Shown here: piece after piece, positions 35,785 through 43,053 of the stretch
Numbering within the stretch: the stretch's first letter is position 1
How the letters are laid out: each line of letters opens with the position of its first letter
NCBI GenBank assembly: GCA_034667725.1
Contig: JAXDQS010000010.1
Location: 352,001-416,000, forward strand
Reading direction: 5' to 3'
Origin: Thermoplasmata archaeon
Lineage (GTDB): Archaea > Thermoplasmatota > E2 > JACPAO01 > JAHFTW01
DNA length: 64,000 nt
Notes under the pieces: model-generated
Told to the model about the DNA's origin: nothing
Database searches by the model: none
The model's input: the letters and a program-made list of their open reading frames with translations, nothing else
Position numbers and translations under genes: made by a program

Positions 35785-36707
35785 GCCATGTCCTCGAAGC
35801 GGTGCAGGTCGCCGGCCAGGCCGAGCGTGTCGAGCTGGTCGCCGTAGCCCAGGTAGGGGCTGGGCGCCGCCTGGCTGTAGAGCATCGACGGCCCCATCGT
35901 GCCCGGCGTGAGGGTGGCCTGGACGCGGTCGCCGCGCATCGACTCGTGGAAGTCCAAGAGGTGCAGGATGCCCTCGTCGGACCGCCACGCCAGCCGCTGC
36001 AGGTAGGGGGCCGCCTGCTTGGTGGCGTCGAGGTCGGCGTGGCGGAACGTGACCTCGGAGGCTTCCCCGCTGGGCAGTTGCCAGCGCCAAGTCCAGGCGG
36101 AGGCCGGGCCGACCGCGTCCTCGGTGACCGTGAACGCCGCCGCCTTGGTCGGCATGCCGAAGGTGAGGTTTGCCCAGGCGGCGACCTCGGCGTCGTCGAA
36201 CCACATCGCCTGCAACGCCATGAGCGTGCCCGGCACGTGGGGGGCGCCGTAGCTGGTGCAGCCGGGGTCCGGCGTCTGCCGGTCATGAATCTCGTAGATC
36301 AAGGTGATCGGCCGCTCGAACGGGCCCCAGCGCATCCGCTCGCACTTGGCGAAGCGGAGCTCGACGTCGGTCGGCACCGGCGGCGCGTCCGGCCAGCCCT
36401 CCACGGGCCGCCCAGGGCCGAGCAGGCTGGGGAAGGTGAACACGGTCCCCGCCCCGATGCAGCCCGTGAACTCCATTTGCAACTGGCCGAAGGGCTCCTC
36501 GAGCACGGCGGCGTCGGCGGTCGCCCCCGCCGGGGCAAGGGGTTCGGAAGCGGAAGGCGCGGCCCCGGTGGCGGCGCAGCCGGCCAGCAGCACCAGCGCG
36601 GCGGCGGCGAGCGCGAAGGCCGGTTCAGCAAAGCGCGGAGGGCGTTTGCTGGTATTGGAGGGTATACAATCCCGGCCCAACGAAACCCCCTTCGATGCCG
36701 ACCCCAT
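35766..36707 (-). CDS. Hypothetical lipoprotein (start uncertain, possible 5' frameshift)
   Basis: AFALAAAALVLLAG-C lipobox; coding-like bias over about 36620-35766. Confidence 0.65.
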   Translation of the reverse strand: MGSASKGVSLGRDCIPSNTSKRPPRFAEPAFALAAAALVLLAGCAATGAAPSASEPLAPAGATADAAVLEEPFGQLQMEFTGCIGAGTVFTFPSLLGPGRPVEGWPDAPPVPTDVELRFAKCERMRWGPFERPITLIYEIHDRQTPDPGCTSYGAPHVPGTLMALQAMWFDDAEVAAWANLTFGMPTKAAAFTVTEDAVGPASAWTWRWQLPSGEASEVTFRHADLDATKQAAPYLQRLAWRSDEGILHLLDFHESMRGDRVQATLTPGTMGPSMLYSQAAPSPYLGYGDQLDTLGLAGDLHRFEDMACATPA

Positions 36708-36975
36708 AGACGACCGAACTCTTGAGCCGGCTGATAAAGATGGAGGTGTCCCCAGGTTTTGCATTCCAGTCGAGCGTAAAGTCAACGCACACGAACGACG
36801 CCACGCATCCTTGCAAGAGGACGCACAAGGCCTGCACGCAGGCATCGCGGGCAAACGTCGCCCGTCCCAGGAGGTCGAAACAGGCCTCCATGAGGGGGGA
36901 CGAATCTGGTAATTCGACGGCGGTCGCCCCAGGCGCCACCAGGAGGGCGGCCAGCAGCATCCCAACCGGGAACAT
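36625..36975 (-). CDS. Small secreted Cys-rich hypothetical protein
   Basis: Signal-like MFPVGMLLAALLVAPGATA; 6 Cys; atypical, lower-GC codons. Confidence 0.4.
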   Translation of the reverse strand: MFPVGMLLAALLVAPGATAVELPDSSPLMEACFDLLGRATFARDACVQALCVLLQGCVASFVCVDFTLDWNAKPGDTSIFISRLKSSVVYGVGIEGGFVGPGLYTLQYQQTPSALC

Positions 36976-37158
36976 CGTCGTGCGCGACAAAACGCCAGGC
37001 ATGCGTCTTGCAGCCCACCCACAAGGAAAACCGGCTTAGTACAACCCTTGCCACAATCCAACATATCGGTCCAGCCCGGCCCCCGCCCCGCTTTTGGGTC
37101 CAGAAACCGCACCCATTGTACCAACTGACTCAAGATCGCCCCCAGTTTCGAACGAGGC

Positions 37159-37767
37159 ATGGGCGCGCCGCGCCGGCTGTCGCTGTCCGACCTGGGCCGA
37201 CCGGCCCTGGTGGACCAAGTGCGCATCGAAGTCCCCCCCGACGCAGGCGAAGGCGCCCGCCACTGGGACGGCCCCCGCGCCGAGATGGACGCCGACGTCT
37301 TCCTGCGCGGCCTGCCCCAACGCGGCCCCCGCGGCGCCTGGGCCTGGATGGTGCGCGTCCACCTCCTGCTGGAGGACCGCACCTCCCTGGTCGCGCATCT
37401 GCCGCTGCGCGCCGGCGTGCCCGCCCCCACCGTGCGCGCCGCCGCGGTCGCCGGGCTGCGGCGCGCCACCGACGACCTCCAGAGCCCACCCGGCCAACGC
37501 GGCGAGGCCCGCCGCGTCCTGGAGCTGCTCACCGGCGAGCCGTTCCGCTACGAGGCCGCCCCCGACTTCCGGCTGATGTTCCAGGAATACCAACGGCTCG
37601 TGGAGCAGCCGTTGCGGCCGGCCCCGCCGCCGCAGCAGGCGCGCCGCAAGGCCCGCCTCCCTGCCGAGTCAAACGAACCATCCACTAGGCCTATGAGCGA
37701 CGAGACGCCGCTTCCGGAGCGGTGCCCCCCTTGGAACCCGAACTCCGCCGCCTCCGTTCCGCCCTGA
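37159..37767 (+). CDS. Hypothetical protein
   Basis: ATG after GAGG; coding-like codon bias. Confidence 0.6.
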   Translation: MGAPRRLSLSDLGRPALVDQVRIEVPPDAGEGARHWDGPRAEMDADVFLRGLPQRGPRGAWAWMVRVHLLLEDRTSLVAHLPLRAGVPAPTVRAAAVAGLRRATDDLQSPPGQRGEARRVLELLTGEPFRYEAAPDFRLMFQEYQRLVEQPLRPAPPPQQARRKARLPAESNEPSTRPMSDETPLPERCPPWNPNSAASVPP

Positions 37768-38384
37768 AGTTCTCGTTGTGGGCCTGGGCGGCGTACTGGC
37801 CCGGCGGCGGCCTCATGCTGCTGGCCGGCGGCATGAGCGATCCCGCCTCCATCGCTGTCGCGCTTGGCTCCGCGGCCTGCTTCCTGCTGTTGATGGCGAG
37901 CGGCGCCTTGCGTGCCGAGGCTGGCTCGATGCGATTGCGCGAGTTGTTGGTGGACCGGCCGTTCTACCTCCTGGGCGTGCTGGCCGTCTTCATCGCGGTT
38001 GGCGCCACCGCCAGCAGCGCCGCCAAGCTGGGCCTGCTGCTGTTCTCCAGCATCTACCTCGTGGCCCTCGGGATGGCGGCCCATGCGTTGCGGCAGCACC
38101 TCAAGGCGCGCGGCCTCGGCGTCTACGCCAGCCGCGGCGACCAGCTCTACATCCTGCTGGGCGCCATCGCGGTCCCTGCCGCCCTGGTGGTGCTGGACGC
38201 GATGTCGTCCAACCCCGTCGGCGGCCCGTCCTCCATGGTGGCGGTGTTCAACGTCCTGAACCTGCTCTACCCGCCGCTTCTGATGGTGGCATCGCGGCCG
38301 TTCCGCGAGCCGCTGCGGCTGCGCCTTGTCCGGCCTCGCCCCACCGTCCCTGCCGTCGTGGCGGAGGACGCGGTCGCGGCCTAG
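37722..38384 (+). CDS. Hypothetical integral membrane protein
   Basis: About six hydrophobic segments. Confidence 0.7.
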   Translation: MPPLEPELRRLRSALKFSLWAWAAYWPGGGLMLLAGGMSDPASIAVALGSAACFLLLMASGALRAEAGSMRLRELLVDRPFYLLGVLAVFIAVGATASSAAKLGLLLFSSIYLVALGMAAHALRQHLKARGLGVYASRGDQLYILLGAIAVPAALVVLDAMSSNPVGGPSSMVAVFNVLNLLYPPLLMVASRPFREPLRLRLVRPRPTVPAVVAEDAVAA

Positions 38385-38421
38385 AAACCGGGAAAAGGGG
38401 GAGAAAAGACGGCCTGCCCGC

Positions 38422-38817
38422 TCACGCCGTGACCGGGTCGACCCGGACGACGATGTCTTGACACTCCGCGTGGCCGGGCGGGTTGGGCTCGCCGTACATG
38501 GCCGTGCAGTAGTTGTCCTGGGTGCCGTCGACGGCGGGGGACACGATGCCGACCACGATGGCGACCTCGCCCATCACGAAGGTGTAGCCGATGCCAGCGA
38601 CGGTGTTGGCATCGTGGACGCGGTTGCAGCCGAAGGTGGTGGCCTCGTTCAGGATGTTGTTGAGGATTTCCTCGATGCCGCCGCCGCTGCCGGGGGGCCA
38701 CGGGTTGCAGGTGGCCGTGGGGGGCGGCGGGGGCATGAACGTGACCGCCGAGGCGGCGGGGGCGACCAGCAGCAGGCCGACCGCAAGGAAGGCTGCGCAC
38801 AGCAGGGTGTTTCGCAT
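38422..38817 (-). CDS. Small secreted hypothetical protein
   Basis: Signal peptide MRNTLLCAAFLAVGLLLVAPAASA; four Cys in the mature part; pyrimidine tract after the stop. Confidence 0.65.
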   Translation of the reverse strand: MRNTLLCAAFLAVGLLLVAPAASAVTFMPPPPPTATCNPWPPGSGGGIEEILNNILNEATTFGCNRVHDANTVAGIGYTFVMGEVAIVVGIVSPAVDGTQDNYCTAMYGEPNPPGHAECQDIVVRVDPVTA

Positions 38818-38932
38818 GTTCTTTTCACTCTCTTGGTCCGAAGACCACGGCACCGACCGACGGGGAGGTGATGAAGCGTTTGGCTAATCCGGGCCCCCGC
38901 CATCGCCAAAAGGTGCCCTTCAAGACCCGGGG

Positions 38933-39751
38933 ATGGGTCGCAGCGGCGTCATGGGCCTGCTGAAGGTCGTCGCGAGCCTCATCTGGATCTATTCCTACGT
39001 CACGCTCGGCGCCATGATGGCGGTCGCGGCGCTGCCGGCCTGGCTGGTGGCGACGTGGGGCTGGAGCCTGGCGCCGTTCGCCGGCACCGCGTGGGAAGGG
39101 GCCACCTGGGCCTACCTGCTCGACACGCTCCTGGGGCTCTACTTCAGCATCCTGGCGTTCTTCGTCTTCGGCATCGCCCTCATGGTGGTGCTGCCGACGG
39201 TGAAGTTCATCTTCCGCTGGAAGCCGCACATCGGCGCCGTGCCGGTCCACTCGTTCAAGATCTGGGCGTGGTACAACTACAACGGCATGCTGTTCCTGTT
39301 CAACACGGTGTTCGCCCGCTTCGCCCGCCTCACGACGCTCTACCCGGTCTACCTCCGCATGATGGGCGCCAAGATCGGCCGCGACGCCGTCGTCAACACG
39401 CAGCACATCTACGACCTGGACATCATCACCATCGGCCCCAAGACCATCATCGGCGCCAACGCCAGCCTGCTGGGGCACGTCGGCGAGAAGGGCAAGCTGG
39501 TGCGCCAGCCCGTCCGCATCGGCGCCAACTGCACGGTCGGCCAGTACGCCAACATCTTCCCCGGCGTCACGATGGGCGACAACTGCCACGTCGGCGCCAT
39601 GAGCCTGGTCCCCAAGGGCATGACCCTGGAGGCGAACGCGGTCTACGGCGGCGTGCCGGTCAAGAAGATTCGCGACCTCAAGCCAGGCGAGAAGGCCACC
39701 GCGGACGAGCTGTCGGCCACCGCCGGCGTGCCCGCGGACGGCGAGCGATGA
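38933..39751 (+). CDS. Membrane-anchored hexapeptide-repeat (LbetaH) acyltransferase-like protein
   Basis: N-terminal TMs; MMGAKIG, ITIG, PVRIG..CTVG, PGVTMG, YGGVP. Confidence 0.85.
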   Translation: MGRSGVMGLLKVVASLIWIYSYVTLGAMMAVAALPAWLVATWGWSLAPFAGTAWEGATWAYLLDTLLGLYFSILAFFVFGIALMVVLPTVKFIFRWKPHIGAVPVHSFKIWAWYNYNGMLFLFNTVFARFARLTTLYPVYLRMMGAKIGRDAVVNTQHIYDLDIITIGPKTIIGANASLLGHVGEKGKLVRQPVRIGANCTVGQYANIFPGVTMGDNCHVGAMSLVPKGMTLEANAVYGGVPVKKIRDLKPGEKATADELSATAGVPADGER

Positions 39752-40455
39752 AGGCCTGGTGGCTGCCGCCCGTCGCCGTCGGGCTGCTGGCCGCCACGGG
39801 CGCATGGGCCTTCGACGCGCTGGTGCAGGAGCCCGCGCCCCCGCCTGCGGAAGGCATCCCCGTGCGGTTCCCGTTCCTGGACGGGCCGGCCATCCCGTGC
39901 GCCGCCGACGGGCAGGCGTGCGACCGGGACACGACCGTGCTCGCGGTGCGCGGCGGCCGCACGACCGCGCAGGACGTCCGCGACGCCACCTGGCGGGGCC
40001 GCGCCACGGGGCCGACGCCCGTCCTGCCGTCGGAGGCCGAGGTCGACTGGCTCGACGGCGGCGTCGGCCGGCTCCGGCTCCAGGAGGGCCTGTGCTGCGA
40101 CCACGCCGGCCCGAACGTGGCGCGGCCCGCCCTGCCCGCCAACCGCACCTCCGCCACGCTGACGTTCTACGCCTTCCTGGGCGACGGCCGGCTCCAGGCC
40201 ACCAACGCCAACGCCACCGCGGCCGGGCGCTTCGAGCCGGCCAGCGACCTCCTGCAGGCCGAGGCGCGCACGTTCGCCCTGGCGCCGGGCGCGCCCGGCG
40301 CCGCGCTGCCCGCCTTCGTGGACAAGGCGATGCCGGACCTGCGCGGCCGGCTGCGGACCCTTCCCGTGGGCGGAATCGCCACCTACCTCCTGGAGCAGCA
40401 CGACTACCAGGACCTGTTCGGGCCGCTCTACGTCACCCTGCGCGTCGAGGCCTAA
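39748..40455 (+). CDS. Hypothetical exported/membrane-anchored protein
   Basis: N-terminal hydrophobic segment; ATGA coupling to the upstream gene. Confidence 0.6.
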   Translation: MKAWWLPPVAVGLLAATGAWAFDALVQEPAPPPAEGIPVRFPFLDGPAIPCAADGQACDRDTTVLAVRGGRTTAQDVRDATWRGRATGPTPVLPSEAEVDWLDGGVGRLRLQEGLCCDHAGPNVARPALPANRTSATLTFYAFLGDGRLQATNANATAAGRFEPASDLLQAEARTFALAPGAPGAALPAFVDKAMPDLRGRLRTLPVGGIATYLLEQHDYQDLFGPLYVTLRVEA

Positions 40456-40486
40456 GCTTCAAGCCCGCCTCCCCCTCGGCGCCCCC

Positions 40487-41740
40487 GTGGCCCAGAAGAC
40501 GGTCAAGGCCCTGCCGGGCGCCCCGCGCAGCCTCCAGATCGAGTACGCCATCCGCGACGTCGTCGTGCCCGCCCGCGCGCTCGAGGCCGCCGGCCACACG
40601 GTGCTGAAGCTCAACATCGGCGACCCGTGCGCCTACGGCTTCCGCCCGCCCCAGCACATGGTCGACGCCTTGGCGAAGGCCGCGCAGGACAACGTCAACG
40701 GCTACACCGCCAGCGAAGGCGACCCTCGCCTCGTGGACGCCATCGTGCGCCGCGAGAAGCGCCGCAACGGCGTCGACTACGCCCCCGGCGACGTGGTGGT
40801 CACCACCGGCGTCTCCGAGTCGCTCCAGATGCTCCTGGGCGCAAGCGTCAACCCGGGCGACGAGGTGCTCATCCCCGGCCCGAGCTACCCGCCCTACGAC
40901 TCGCTCGTGAAGTACTTCGGCGGCACCCCGGTCCACTACCGCACCGTCGAGGCCGAGGAGTGGCAGCCGGACGTCGACGACCTGCGGAAGAAGATCACGC
41001 CGCGCACCAAGCTCGTCTGCCTCATCAACCCGAACAACCCCACGGGCGCCCTCTACTCCCGCCGCGTCGTGCAGGACTTCGCGGACGTCGTCGGCGAGCA
41101 CCAGGACCAACTGATGATGGTCTCGGACGAGATCTACGACCAGATGACCTTCGACGGCGTCCAGGTCGCAAGCAAGACAGTGGCCCCCGACGTCCCGATG
41201 GCGACCCTCAACGGCTTCAGCAAGGTCTACCTCGTCCCCGGCTGGCGCCTCGGCCACATCCTATGGAACGACCCGACCGGCTCGCTGTCGCAGATCCGCG
41301 AAGGCGTCACCCGGGCCAGCCGCGTCCGCCTGTGCGCCTCCAGCATCGCCCAGCGCGCCGCCGTGGCCGCCCTCGACGGCCCCCAGGACCACATCGCCCA
41401 GACCAACGCCGCGCTGCGGATCCGCCGCGACTTCGCCGTCCGCCGCCTCAACGAGATCGACGGCCTCTCCTGCGCCAAGCCCGACGGCGCGTTCTACGCC
41501 TTCCCGCGCATCGACGCGCTGGACACCCCCAAAGGACGCAAGGCGTGGAAGGACGACAAGGAGTTCGTGCTCGACTTCCTCCGGACCGAGAAGGTCCTCA
41601 CCGTCCACGGCTCCGGCTTCGACAAGGAATACGGCGCGAACCACTTCCGCGTCGTCATCCTGCCCGACATCCCTATCTTGGAGACCGCCTTCGATCGCCT
41701 GGAAAGCTACATGGCGCGCAAGCTCAAGGGGGACGCATGA
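40487..41740 (+). CDS. Class I/II PLP aminotransferase (AlaA-like)
   Basis: YAIRD, KLNIGDP, INPNNPTG, SDEIYD, NGFSKVY..PGWRLG. Confidence 0.92.
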   Translation: MAQKTVKALPGAPRSLQIEYAIRDVVVPARALEAAGHTVLKLNIGDPCAYGFRPPQHMVDALAKAAQDNVNGYTASEGDPRLVDAIVRREKRRNGVDYAPGDVVVTTGVSESLQMLLGASVNPGDEVLIPGPSYPPYDSLVKYFGGTPVHYRTVEAEEWQPDVDDLRKKITPRTKLVCLINPNNPTGALYSRRVVQDFADVVGEHQDQLMMVSDEIYDQMTFDGVQVASKTVAPDVPMATLNGFSKVYLVPGWRLGHILWNDPTGSLSQIREGVTRASRVRLCASSIAQRAAVAALDGPQDHIAQTNAALRIRRDFAVRRLNEIDGLSCAKPDGAFYAFPRIDALDTPKGRKAWKDDKEFVLDFLRTEKVLTVHGSGFDKEYGANHFRVVILPDIPILETAFDRLESYMARKLKGDA

Positions 41741-42519
41741 GGCCGGCCCTGCCCCTGGTCGCGGTCGCGGCCCTGCTGCTCTCCGGCTGCTTCGCGCCCG
41801 CCCCGGGCCGCATCGCCGCCGGCGACGAGGTCCAGGTCCGCGTCACCGGGCAAGCCCTCGACGGCACCACGCTTGCCCCCGAGACGACCGTCACCATCAC
41901 CAACGACACCACCCAGCCCGGCCCCCTCGTCGCCCGGCTGCGGCAAGAGCTGGCGGGCCACAGCCTCGGCCAGACCTTCAGCTTCACCGTCGCCGGCAGC
42001 GAATACCCCGGCCGCCAAGCGGTCGCGCGCCGCCTCGCCCCATTGGCGCTGGAGCGCGCCTACAGCGCCGAGTCGTTCTCCGACGACGAGCGCCAAGTCG
42101 GCCACGTCCTCCAGGAGACACCCTTCAAGGTCCACGTCGTCGCCGTCACCAACGCCACCGTCACCCTGCGCTCCGAGATCGCCAACGGTCTCCGGGAACC
42201 GCTGCCCCAATACGGCCTCGACCTGGTGTACGAGGTCAACGGCAACTTCGCGACCCCCGTCCTGGAGCCCAAGCCCGGCGCCACCTTCCGCATCACGCCC
42301 GACGACCACAACTTCGAGCCCGGCGCCTACCGCGTCCTCGGCATCCAAGGCGACAAGGCCGTGTTCGAGCACAACCCGTTCCCCGACCAGACCGTCCGCT
42401 ACACCGTCAAGATCCTCGGCGGCGGGTCGGGCGTCGCCACCGACGGCAACTACATCGCGCGCACCACGCCCGCCCTGGCGAACGCGACCGCGGACGACGG
42501 GCACGACCACGTCCACTGA
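41737..42519 (+). CDS. Lipoprotein with degenerate FKBP/SlyD-like fold and short His/Asp tail
   Basis: LLLSG-C lipobox; IAAGDEVQV..TG...DG, EL.G...GQTFSFTV, HNP...TVRYTVKI; ends DDGHDHVH. Confidence 0.6.
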   Translation: MRPALPLVAVAALLLSGCFAPAPGRIAAGDEVQVRVTGQALDGTTLAPETTVTITNDTTQPGPLVARLRQELAGHSLGQTFSFTVAGSEYPGRQAVARRLAPLALERAYSAESFSDDERQVGHVLQETPFKVHVVAVTNATVTLRSEIANGLREPLPQYGLDLVYEVNGNFATPVLEPKPGATFRITPDDHNFEPGAYRVLGIQGDKAVFEHNPFPDQTVRYTVKILGGGSGVATDGNYIARTTPALANATADDGHDHVH

Positions 42520-42530
42520 GCCCACGTTCC

Positions 42531-42822
42531 CGCCGACTGGACACAGATTCCACAGGGTTCTGTGGGAATCTTCCGAATCTGGGAAAATCAGTGCCCGTCG
42601 CGAGCGCCGACTGGACATAGGTTCCACAGGGTTCTGTGGGAATCTTCCGAATCTGAGTGAATCGGTGCTCGTCGCGGCCGATTGGACACAGATTCCACAG
42701 ACCATGGCCTTGGAGTTGGCGGGGCCTAGGAACAGAATTCCACAGATGGTCTGTGGGAATCTTCAGAATCTGAGGGAATCCGTGCTCGTCACGCGGCCGC
42801 CGGCTGGACACAGGTTCCACAG
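42531..42822. repeat. Degenerate tandem repeat (~71-74 bp unit, three near-full and two half copies) with palindromic core TTCCACAG-N4/5-CTGTGGGAA
   Basis: Units begin at about 42531, 42605, 42676 (half), 42723 and 42798 (half). Confidence 0.9.
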
Positions 42823-42843
42823 AGTGCTCTCTGCCTCCCAATA

Positions 42844-43028
42844 GCCTCCTGCGTCGGCCAGCGGTCGTCCCTCCGCTTCGCGTTCGGGGCGGAGCCGATT
42901 CCTTCTGCGTGGACGCCCCAGCTCGCTGCGCTCGCTGGGGGCAGTCACTTGAAACGAATCGTCTCCGCCTCCCACTGGCCTCCTGCGTCGGCCAGCGGTC
43001 GTCCCTCCGCTTCGCGTTCGGGGCGGAG
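42844..43028. repeat. Exact 51-bp direct repeat (42844-42894 and 42978-43028)
   Basis: gcctcctgcgtcggccagcggtcgtccctccgcttcgcgttcggggcggag occurs twice, 134 bp apart. Confidence 0.95.
42945..42968 (-). repeat. Duplicate of the last 24 nt of aCPSF1 (AETIRFK-stop)
   Basis: 21/24 identical to 43054-43077; all three differences are at third codon positions. Confidence 0.85.
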
Positions 43029-43053
43029 ACCCTCGGTTCCCCGTTCGCTTCGC

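Noticed and set aside
42531-42822. CRISPR array
   Set aside because: Inter-core sequences are themselves homologous, units are degenerate and unequal, and no cas genes are present.
42531-42822. Replication origin with ORB or DnaA boxes
   Set aside because: TTCCAC resembles only the start of an ORB; there is no GAAA/G-string, no clear AT-rich unwinding element and no cdc6 in the window. Not excluded, but unsupported.
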